Assembly: GCA_014905635.1 (NCBI GenBank)
Contig: JABVCE010000009.1
Coordinates: 1-64,000 of the forward strand
Length of the DNA: 64,000 nucleotides
Direction: 5' to 3'
From: Scenedesmus sp. PABB004
Lineage: Eukaryota
A program made the translations under genes and the position numbers. Below are positions 10,288 through 20,800 of the stretch, piece after piece. Every line of letters starts with the position of its first letter. The stretch's first letter is position 1. Under the pieces are notes generated by a model, which saw nothing but the letters and a program-made list of their open reading frames with translations, searched no databases and was not told the origin of the DNA.

Positions 10288-12018
10288 TCAAACTCTGCGG
10301 CGTGCATGGAACCCTGCCTCGCATGAGGGCAGCATGAGCGCCGGGCGGCGGCGCGCCGCGCCCGCGGCGCGCCCGCGCGCGGTCCACGGCCGGCGCCGTG
10401 GCCCCGCCGGCGGGGCCAGCGCCGGCGCCGCCGGCAGCGCCGGCACGCCCGCTGCGGTGAGCCGGAACTCCATTGTGAAGCGGCCCCCGTGCTGGCCCGT
10501 GCGCGCGATGACCCCCCGGTGGCACCACCGGCGTTCGAAATCTGCCTGAGTGAGCTCCTTGCCGGAGCCCGACAGCCAGGAGCGCGGCACGCCCGCCAGC
10601 GCGCGCACGTCCATCGCTGCCTTGCGCCAGTCCAGCACGACTGCGTCGCGCACCGAGTACACAAAGATGCGAATCGCCGCCACAGGCGCGTGCCCGGGCT
10701 CGCCGCCGCCGTGCCGCGCGCGCGCGGCGAGCAGGGCGCGCAGCAGCAGCAGGCGGAGGTGCGTCTTTTTTTTTTTGTTGTTGTTACAATGGGTGACCAG
10801 ACAAGGACCGAGGCCCAGGGGCAGCCCACTGAAAAAAGCTCCAACGGGAAGAGCGCAGCAACCCCTCGTGAAAAACCGCGCCCCGGCGCCCCCCGAGAGG
10901 GGGCCCACACATCACCCAACGGTACAGCGAGAGAGGCGGAGGTGCTTCCAGAGCTGCTGCAGCTCCGGCGCGACGCCCGACCTGGCAAAGTCGTCCGCCA
11001 GCATCACCCTGGGCGGGGGCGGCGCGCGCGGGAAGCCCGGCTGCAGCCGTGCCCACAGGTGAGCAAACCACTGCAGCACCGCCGCCGCCACGGGGCAGCC
11101 GCCGAGGACGTGGCCGAGCGTCTCCAGCGGCGGCTGCTGCTGCGCGCGGCAGAGCGGGTGCGGGCACGCCAGCTCCGCCAGCTCCGGCGCCGCGCGCTGG
11201 TAAGAGAAGACCCTGTCGCCGCTGACGCGCACCCCGCCGTGCAGCAGGCTCCAGCCAAAGTGTCGCAGGGCGCGCGGCATGCGCGCCTGCTGCGCGCGCG
11301 CGTAGCAGGCGGCCCAGGCGGGCGGCTCCGCGCGCTCGCCGGCGCGCGCCGGCGCAGTCGCACCAGTGAGCGGGTCGACGAGGTCGTTGGCCGCCAGCTC
11401 CTGAACCAGGGTCCTGCGCTGCTCCAGCTGCTGCTCCCGCCACTGCTCCTGCTCCTCGCTCCGCGCCGCGGCGGCAGCGGCCGCCGCCGGCCCGACGCGC
11501 TCCATGACGTGGCGCCGCGGGGGCGAGACTTTCTGCCACGCCGGCAGCCCAGGCTCCGGGTCTGGCGTCTCGGCTCGCTGCCGCACCGCCCAGCTGCGCT
11601 TCCGGCCCGCCTCCCGCCGCGCGATGGCGCTGGCCGGGCATGCCTGGCCGTAGCCGGCGCGCCAGAGGCCCGGCACGCAGCCAACGCCGGGCGTCCAGCC
11701 CCGTGCCGGCGTGACCTCGCGCGCGCAGCGCAGCTGCAGCAGCCGCAGGGTCGCGCCGCGCACCGTAAACTGCATGACCGTGGCCGCGTGCCCGAGCCCC
11801 CACACGGAGGGGTCGACGCGGACGCCAGGCCAAAAGCCCACGAGGAACCAGCGCCGCGCCCTGCTGTGCATCTCCGGCTGCTCCGCCGGCGCCGCTGCCC
11901 CGGGCGCTCCGGCCGCCGCGCGCTGCGCGCCCGCCGCTGGCCGCGGCGCCTGCGCCGCGTCCACCACGCAGCAGTCCTCCCACCCCCCCGCCGCGACTGC
12001 CTCGGGCGGGGGCTCGGC
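10288..12018 (-). mobile_element. 5'-truncated L1-like LINE, ORF2 C-terminal region with zf-RVT-like CCHC motif
   Basis: FGWSLLHG...CPHPLC...LETLGHVLGGCPVA...LWKHLRL. The reading frame resumes after the insertion as HLRLLLLRALL...VVLDW. Confidence 0.75.
10763..10933 (-). mobile_element. 171-bp 5'-truncated family B copy with 12-bp TSD, inserted in the L1-like ORF
   Basis: AGGCGGAGGTGC at 10751-10762 and 10934-10945. Tail TGTAACAACAAC(A)11 on the minus strand. Confidence 0.9.
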
Positions 12019-15000
12019 GGTGCGGCACGCCTTGTGCTTGACCTCGGGCAGCCCCTTGGTCAGCACATCGGCGACCATGTCAGCGGTTGGCAGATAGGCA
12101 AAGCTCACCTCCCCGCGCACGACGCGCTCGCGCGCAAAGCAGTACGCGACGTCAATGTGCTTGGTGCGGGCTGAGCTGATGGGGTTGTGCAGCAGCTTGA
12201 TGGCTGCTTGGTTGTCGGCCCATATGCTGATGGTGTTGGCGTTGCGCGAGCCCAGCTCACGCAGCAGGTTGCGTAGCCAAAGGGCCTCTTTGACCGCGGC
12301 AGCGGCAGCCACATACTCAGCCTCGGCCGTGGAGACCGAGACGGTCTTCTGCCGCTGGCTGCACCAGGAGACAGCGCCGCCGCCCATGGTGAACACAAAG
12401 GCGGAGGTGGAGCGGCGCGTGTCGGGGCAGCCCGCGTAGTCTGCGTCGGTGTAACCGACCAAGTGCAGGCCCGCGGGGCCGCCCGAGTAGTTGATGCCCA
12501 ACTCAGCCGTGCCTGCGAGGTAGCGCAGCAGCCCCTTGGCTGCCTGCCAGTGCACGGTGGTGGGCTTGGCCATGAAGCGCGCCAGCACGCTCGCAGTGTG
12601 CGCGATGTCGGGTCGCAGCGAGGTGGCGAGGTACATAGCAGCGCCGACCAGCGCAGAGTAGTGGAACTCCTCGGTGTTGAGGGGCTCGCCGCTGGTGTTG
12701 GAGAGGTGCAGGCCCGCCTGCATCGGCAGGCGGCGGGGCTTGACGTCGCCCATGTCGAAGCGCTCCAACAGCCCGTAGATCAGCCTCGGGTTGCAGAGCT
12801 TCATGGTGCGCGCGGCGCGGTTGCGCTCGATGGTCATGCCGAGGAAGCAGCTCGCGGGGCCGAGGTCGCGGCCCTCGAACGCGTTGAGCAGGCGCGCGGT
12901 GAAGTGCGCGGCCAGGTCAGCGCGCGGCGTGACGACCAGGATGTCGTCGACGTAAACGAGCAGGATGATGAAGGAGCCCTCCTTGTAGAGGTAGTACACG
13001 CAGGGGTCAGCCGCGGTCTGGGCAAAGCCCATGGCAACCAGCTCGGCGTGCAGCCGCTGGTTCCACACGCGCGGCGCCTGCTTGAGGCCGTAGAGCGAGC
13101 GCCGCAGGCGGCAGGCGAGCGCAGAGCCGTGCTCACCAAAGCCGGGCGGCTGCTGCATCCACACCTCTTCTTCAAGGTGGCCGTTGAGGAAGGCGGTCTT
13201 GATGTCCAAGTGCCTGACCTCCCAGTCGTGCGCGGCCGCGGCGGCCATCAGCGCGCGGAAGGTCTGATACTTGATGACGGGGCTGAACACGTCGTTGTAG
13301 TCGATGCCGGCGCGCTGGTGAAAACCCTTGATGACCAGCCGCGCCTTGAAGCGCTCGATGTTGCCGGCGGCGTCGCGCTTGAGCGTGAAGACCCACTTGC
13401 ATGGGATGGCCTTGACCCCGGGCGGCTTGGTCTGCAGCTCCCACGTACGGTTGGCGTGGAGAGAGGCCAGCTCCTCAGCCATGGCGGCGATCCAGTCTGC
13501 CACCTGCGGGGAGTTGATGGCCTCGTCGTAGCTGGTAGGCTCGACGATGCTGCTGCCAGACGTGTCGGTGGTGAGCAGCGCGCTCTGCGGCTGCTCCACC
13601 ACAGGGAAGGCGTCGGCGCGCAGCTGCCCAGGAATCGCAAGCGGCTGCACAGGAACTGCAGACCGCGCGGCGATGCGCGCGCTGCGCCTGGGCGCCGTGA
13701 CCAGCGGCTGCCTCTCAGCGGGCGCGACTGGCTGCCGCTGCGACTGCCCAGGAATCAGCCTCGCTGCGTTGCCGCCGCTGCTGGGCGAGTGCCCAGAGCT
13801 GCTGGGCGCCTGACCAGGGCTGTCGCCCGAGTCGCCAAATGAGTCGCCAACGCTGACAAATGTGTCGCTGGCGCTGCTGTAGCTGCTGATGCTGCTCAGG
13901 TTGCCTGACTCGCTGCTGCAAAGCGCGCCGGCAGTGTCGCCAGCGTCGCCAGGGTCGCCGGCAGCGTCGCCAGCGTCGCCAGCATCGCCGGCAGCAGCGC
14001 CCGAGCTGCTGGGGGGGCTGAGAGAGCCACCAGCGCCGGTGTTGCCTGCGGGCAGGAGCGGCACGCCGCTGCCGATCACGAGCGGCGAGCTCGGGGGCGA
14101 GCTCACCAGGTTGGCGTCGGTCGCGCCGGCAGTCGTGCGCGCGCGGCCGGGCAGGTCAGACTCGTCGAAGCGGACGTGGCGAGAGGTCACGAACTTGCCG
14201 TTGTCGAGCCGCACGCGCCAGCCGTCGGTGGTGCTCACACCAAAGGAGGGGTAGCCGAGGAACACGCCGGGCTGAGCGCTGGGCTCCAGCTTGGTACGCA
14301 GCGCGGCAGGCGTGTGCACGTAGGCGCGGCAGCCAAACACGCGCAGGCGCGAGGCGTCGGGCTTGGTGCCAAAGAAGAGCTCCCACGGCGTCTTGGACTT
14401 GCCGTCCGCGGGCAGCACGTTGCGCAGAAAGTTGGCGGTGTGGAAGGCCTCAGCCCACACGGTCTTGGGCAGGCCCGCCGCCTTGAGCATCGCGACGGCG
14501 CTCTCGAGCAGCGTGCGGTTGAGCCGCTCAGCCTTGCCGTTGGAGGCGGGGCTGTAGGGCGTGGTGAACTGGTGGCTGGTGCCCTTGGTGGCGAGGTAGG
14601 CGTGCAACTCGGTGGAGTTGTACTCGCCTCCATTGTCCGAGCGCAGCACCTTTACACGGTTGCCGGTCGCGGTCATGATCAAAGGAATGGTCTCTTTGAG
14701 GAAGTTCGTCACGTAGCTCTTGGAGGCCAGCGGCACGAAGAAGGAGAAGCCCGTCGCGTCGTCAATTAGAGTGACGTGGTAGCGGCTGCCGCCGGCTGAG
14801 CGTACGCCGGTGTCGCCGACATCGGTGTGCAGCAGCTCACCTGGCCCAAAGTTGTTGGGGCCGGTCGGCTTGAAGGGCCGCTCGCTGGACTTGACCATGG
14901 CGCAGGTAGGGCAGATGTGGGAGGCGCCGTAGTCCTTGACCGTGGAGGCAGACAGCGGGAAGTTGACGGCCAGGTCGTCGCGCGCGATCCGCGCGATGCG

Positions 15001-15578
15001 GTCGCAGCCGGCGTGGCCGTAGCGCGCGCGCCAGAGGCGGCACTCGCTCTCGGTGTCGTGGAGCGTGAGCAGGCTGACGGGCTCGTAGCAGAGGCTCTTG
15101 AGGTTCTCGAGCGACGGGACGTAGTCGCAGGTGAAGCTGCACACGCCGTTGGCGCTGCGCTGCGCGCGCAGCACGGGCAGCGTGTCGTCGTCGCTGTAGA
15201 TGAGGGTCGCCGCGCCCTTCATCATGACGCTGTTGGCGGCGAGCTCGGGCACGTAGAGCACCGTCAGCCCATGTCGGTGACCTTGGACAGGGAGAGCAGG
15301 TTGGCGGCGAGCTCGGGCACGTAGAGCACGTTGAAGAGCGCAAACACGCGCTCGTTGGGGATGGTGATGAAGATGTTCCCGATGCCCTTGATCTCGATGG
15401 TCTCGCCGCTCGTGGTGTGCACCACGCCGCCGCTCGGCCGGAGCTCGAAGAAGGCCTCCCGGCTGCAGCACATGTGCTGCGTCGCGCCGGAGTCGGTGAA
15501 CCACTCGCGGTCGTCGCGCGGCGCGGGCGCGTCGCCCGTCGCCATCCACGCCACGTTGAGGCCGGCGTTGTTGCCCAT
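12019..15578 (-). mobile_element. Ty1/copia element B pol (protease-integrase-RT-RNase H), no LTRs seen
   Basis: WFTDSGATQHM, LLHTDVG, LRSDNGGEY, NGKAERLNRTL, HLDIKTAFLNG, SLYGLKQAPR, VYVDD, YTDADYAG, RTKHIDV and MVADVLTK. One frameshift near 15265. Confidence 0.95.
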
Positions 15579-15583
15579 GGGCC

Positions 15584-15930
15584 GTGAGCGCCGTCATCAA
15601 GGGCGAGTTCCACACGTACCGGACCACTGCCGACGTGTGGGCTGCGCTCGAGGAGCAGAACGCTGAGATCGCCTCCGCGCGCACCGGCGACTCCCTCGAG
15701 CAGCTCGCGACCATCACCTTCAACCCGAGCTCCGGCATGCCCGACTACATCAAGCGCGCCAAGGCCCTGCGCACCAAGCTCGCCAAGGTGGACTTCCAGG
15801 TCGAGGACCACATCATGATCACCCACCTGCTGCGGGGGCTCCGGCGCGCGCCGGAGTACACCTTCACCTGCGAGTCGATCGGGAAAGACCTCGCCCGTGG
15901 GCAGATCGCGCTGCAGGAGGTGTACCAACA
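15584..15930 (+). pseudogene. copia gag (UBN2-like) fragment, inverted relative to the adjacent pol
   Basis: TTADVWAALEEQ...MPDYIKRAKALRTKL...MITHLLRGL resembles the copia gag core. Confidence 0.7.
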
Positions 15931-17653
15931 CTCGCGCCAGGCAGCACCACGAGCTGACCTCCCATCGGAATGCTCTAATTTTTCAGCACGCGCCCATGTA
16001 GCCCCCAACCGCCCCCGCAGGCCGCCGGGCCTGCGGGCGCTCCCTGCCCGCGCTGGACGCTGCGCGCGGCCCGCAGGGGATAGCCGCCAACTCGCTTGTC
16101 GCTCCTGGGGGGCGCGCGGCTGCGCGCGCGGGCTGCATCGACGGATCTGGATGGTGCCGGTACCCTATGATGCAACGCGCCACCCGCGCCCAGCGGCGCC
16201 CCCTGGCCGACCTGCGGGCTCCCTGGATTGTGGACACGGTGATCGGGAACCACCTCCTTAGTACTCGCGCCCGGGAGGCTTCTCTGGCAACCCGCGCCCT
16301 CGCCATCGATCCCTGGACGGTTGGCGCCCCTGCGGACTGACCTGGGCGAGCAAGCGCCCCAGCCTTGCACCGGAGGAGCGGCTCTCGCCGGCGCGCAGCC
16401 TGGTGCGCGCCGGCGGGGGGCTGCGCATCACAGGCGGCGGTGGGGCGGCAGCAGCACGGCCGGCGGCGCCGGACGGAGAGGGCGTCCCCGGCGTGCGTAG
16501 AGGTGCACGCCGAGCCGTGGCGTGTTGCTGCTGCGTGACCTTCATTTGGTGCTGAGCTGGGCGCGGCTGGCTCGGGGCGCGGCGCGCGCGTGGGTGTGGG
16601 CGGCGGTGGGGGGAGCGTGGGCGGGCTTGCGGCAGGCTTCTTGGTGGTGGGCGGTGCGTGCGGCTGGCCTTTTGGCTGAGCCGCCCGCGGGTCCTGGAGG
16701 GGGTTGGAGCTGGTGGGCGTTGGCCGGCGCGGGGCGGCGGTCGCCGCGGGCCACGGCCCCGCGCGCGACGCCCAGCCGGCGCACGCCGGCCCTGCAGTGT
16801 TGAGTCCACAGAGTATCCACTAGCCGCCCTGCACGGCCTACTCGCGTCTACCGGTCATCCTTCCCCAAGCTCCTAACATTCGGTGCACCACGTCGCAGGG
16901 GGCGCGACTCTGCGAGTGCTTGTTTTCCCCCGCTGCCCCTGTGGCCCGGTAGGGCCTGCGCGGCGTGGTTGCACGGGTCAAGAGGACCAGCTACCGTCCT
17001 TAAGGGGCGCGGGGCGCGGGCGCGGGGCGCGGGCCCGATGTGCGGTAGCGGCGACTCTCGACTCTCGAGACACACACACACGCGTCCAGCAACATCGCTG
17101 CGTCCAACAACATCGCTGCGTCCAACAACTTGGGGTGGCTCCCGGGCGGCCATTGCGTGCCGAAAAGCCAGGACCAGCGCCACACCAGACCCGATCTCAA
17201 CCCACACGCGCAGCGCCAGAGGCGCGCGAGCCCGCGCGGAGACAGTCGGCCGTGGCGGGCTGCCCGCCAACGGCTAGTTCCGTTCGGCCGCGCGCGCGCC
17301 CGCGAGGGCGCGCGCGCCTGCTCAGAGCGCGTTTTCGTGAGGCTGGAGGCGTGAGGGCAGCCGCGGCGGGCCCGCCGCGCACGCGGCGGGCCTGCAGCGT
17401 GCGGCAGCAGCAGCGCAGCGACCACGGCAGCGGCAGCGGCGACGGCAAGGCGACTGACGGCGTGCCCAGCGCAATGCGGACCCCTTGACCTTCAAGGGGG
17501 CTGCACTGCGCCAGAGACGCACGCTGTCGGTCACGCTGGAGCAACGGCAGCAGCGGCGGCAGCGGCAGCGGGCGGGTGCCCCGAGAGCGACAGCGCTGGC
17601 GCAGGAGACGTCTGGCCCGCCAGCGGCAGCGTGCACACCCCTAAGACGCGCCA

Positions 17654-17812
17654 CGTTATCTGCTTGGTGACCTGCTGCAGGATCAGCTTGCTGTTCACTC
17701 TGTGGCAGATTATGTGATGGACATCCGGAAGATGCGGGACACCGTCCTTAAGGGGCGCGGGACCAATGGGCGCGAGCCTGTGGTGTAACTATCTTTATCT
17801 TTATCTTTATCT
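17654..17812 (+). mobile_element. 3'-terminal fragment of LINE family A with (TATCTT)n tail
   Basis: Matches 22791-22943 with 2 substitutions in the body. Confidence 0.92.
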
Positions 17813-20800
17813 AGCTCGGCTGGCGCCTCGTGGTATGCGAGGACGGCCGCGCCCTGCCTGCTCAGCCGCCCCTGCCCACAGACGCCAACCCCTACGCAGC
17901 GCTCGCCGATGCTGCCGCCGCCGAGGCGACGCCGGACAGCGGCGCCGAGTGCAGCACGGCTCCCCCGCGCCTGCACGGCAGCATCGTGTGCAAGCACTTT
18001 GCTGGCCACGGCGACTTCTACGGCGTGGTGCTCAAGATCCGCGGCGCCCGCGGCCCCTACGCCTACCGTGTGCACTACACCGACGGCGAGGACGAGACGA
18101 TGACGGAGGAGGAGGCGCGGGGCCACCTTGCCGGCAGCGTGCCAGCAGCGCACGCGGTGCACGCGCTGCGCGCGCGCCTGCTGCCGCCGACGCCCGCAGA
18201 TGGCGTGGTCGTCAAGAAGTACTTCCGGTCGCACCGGCAGCACTTTTACGGCGTGCTCACTGTCCGGCCGCCCTTCTTTGCCGTAGCCTACACCGACGGC
18301 GACGCGGAGGACATGGACGCCGGCGAGGCTGCGCGGCACGCGGTCGCCGACGCGCCCGAGCTCGCGCCGCACGGGGCTGGGCTCGCCGCGCGCGGCGCGC
18401 GCGCTGACCTCTACCCCCTTGCCGCCGCCGCGGCCGCTCAGCTCGCGCTTGGCGCCGACGCGCCCGAGGCGGCGCCGGCCGCTGCGACCGCCGCCCCGGC
18501 TGCCGGGGCGGCGGCCGCCGACGTGCCGCTCGCACCGGAGCGCGCCCCGGCGGCCGACGACGCAGCGCGGGCGCGCCGCGCGTGCCCCGCCTACACCGAC
18601 CGCCGCATGCGCCGCCGCCACGCAGGCCTCGTACGCGCCGCCAACCTGGCGTGGGCCCGCGCGGGGCTCCGCGTGGCGTGCATCAACGTCTGCGGCATGA
18701 CCAGGCTGAAGGCTGCCGAGCTCGCCGCTGCTACGACGGCGCTCTGCATCGACATCCTCGCCGTCGTCGAGACCTGGGAGGGCCACCCCTGCGTCGCCCA
18801 CGAGCTGCCTGGCTACACCTTCATTGGCAAGCCGCGCAGCCGGGGGCAGGGCGGGGGCGTGGGCTTTTACGTCGCGCGCGCGCGCTGGCCCCGCTCGTGC
18901 GCGCACACGCCGACACGCAACTGCCCGAGGCGCTCTGGCTGGAGCTTCGCCGCGGCGGCAGCGCCGCGGCCGCGCGGCCGGCGTTTGTCGGCGTCGTCTA
19001 CCTGCCGCCGGCGTCGCTGGAGAGCGCCGCGCTGCGGGCCGACACCTACGCGCAACTGCAGACGGACATCCAGAGGTTCCAGGAGCGGGGCGAGGTGCTG
19101 GTGCTTGGCGACTTCAACAGCTCCGTGGGCAGCAGCGCGCCAGCGGAGCAGCAGGCGGACCAGCCGCCGGCGCGCATCGGGCAGTGTGGGGAGAGCGGCG
19201 CGCCCGACGCGGCGGGCCAGGCCCTGCTGGCCATGCTCGACGCCACTGACCTGTACGCCCTCAACGGGCGCGCGCCCACCGCCACCGGCCTGCCTGCCTA
19301 CACCCGCGCCCGCCTCGTGTGCGGCGCTGACGGCACGCACACCGAGCAGTGCTCGGTGCTCGACTACGTCCTCGCGCCCGCGGCGTGGGCGCTCCCCTCC
19401 AGCCGCGGCCCGGCGCCCTGCGCCCTGACCGTGGCCGACGATCGGCGCATCACCAAGTCTGACCACCTGCTGCTGTGGACCTGCCTGCCTCACCCCGCCG
19501 CCCGCGCGCGCGCCCCCGCGGGCCTGCGCCGCCGCGTCGCGCGCACCGACCTGCTCAAGCCGGTCCCGGGGCAGCGCGATGCGGGGCATGCCGATGCCTA
19601 CCGCGCGGAGCTCGCCGACGCGCTGGCCGACTACGCCGACGACGTGGCTGCCCTCGCCGACCAGGTGGGCAGCGCGCTGCTGCCGGCGCGCGAGGCGTGC
19701 GCGCGCGCCAAGGCTGCGCTGTGCGATGCCACTTGGACGGCGGTCGATGGCAGCGTCGGCTACAGGGAGGTGCGCTCGGGCGGTGGCGGCGGCAGCGCCG
19801 CCGCCGCGCGGCGCATCTTCACGCCGGTGGTCCAGGCCGCCGTGCAGGCGCGCCGCGACGCCGATGTCGCGCTGGCGGCCGCCCGGGGGGCGGCCGCCGG
19901 CGGCGACGCTGACGCCGCCCCTGCCCAGGCTGCTGCCGAGCTTGCCGCCGCGCAGGACCAGCTGTGCGCCGCACAGCGGGCTGTCAAGTCTGCCGTGGCG
20001 GCTGCGCGCGCAGCGGAGCTCGGCCGCCGCGTTGACGCGGTTCACGCCCGTCACGCGGCAGGCGACGGCAAGGGCATGTGGGAGCAGCTGCGCCAGATTG
20101 CCGGCACTGCCAGGCGGGGCCCTGGCGGCCCCGCAGCGCTGCGCGCTGCTGACAGCACTGGCATGGTTGTGGGCGAGCGGCAGATCGCAGACGCCCTGGC
20201 AGCGCAGTACGCCAGTGTCAGCGACCCCGCGGCGTTTGCTGCCGGGGCAGACTTTGACGAGCAGTGGCGCGAGCAGGTCGAGGCGGACGTGGCGCGCTAC
20301 CGCGCCGCCGCCTCTGACCCCAGCGGCAGCGACAGCGATCAGGACCCCCTCAGCGCCGACATCACCGCCGCCGAGGTCGCAGCCCAGGCGCAGGCCCTCT
20401 CCAACAACAAGGCCCCCAGCCCGCTCGACGGCGTCACCAACGAGCTGCTCAAGTACGGCGGCGAGCCCCTTTGGGGCGCGCTGGCCGCCTTCTTCAACCT
20501 GCAGCTCACCCTGGAGACCAAGGCCCAGACCGCCGGCGTCATCACCCCGATCTGCAAGCGCGGCGACCCGACCGACCCCGCCAACTAAGATAAAGATAAA
20601 GATAAAGATAGTTACACCACAGGCTCGCGCCCATTGGTCCCGCGCCCCCTAAGGACGGTGTCCCGCCAACTACCGCCCCATCACGCTCGGCTCCGCGGTG
20701 GACAAGCTCTACAACCTCGTGCTCAACAAGCGCCTCACCGACCACCTTGAGGGCCACGGCCTGCTGCACGACGCGCAGCAGGGCTTCCGGCCCGGGCGCA

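Noticed and set aside
16895..16985. HDV-like ribozyme (GGGGGCG / TGCCCCT could form P1)
   Set aside because: No compatible P3/L3, P1.1 or J4/2 could be built by eye.
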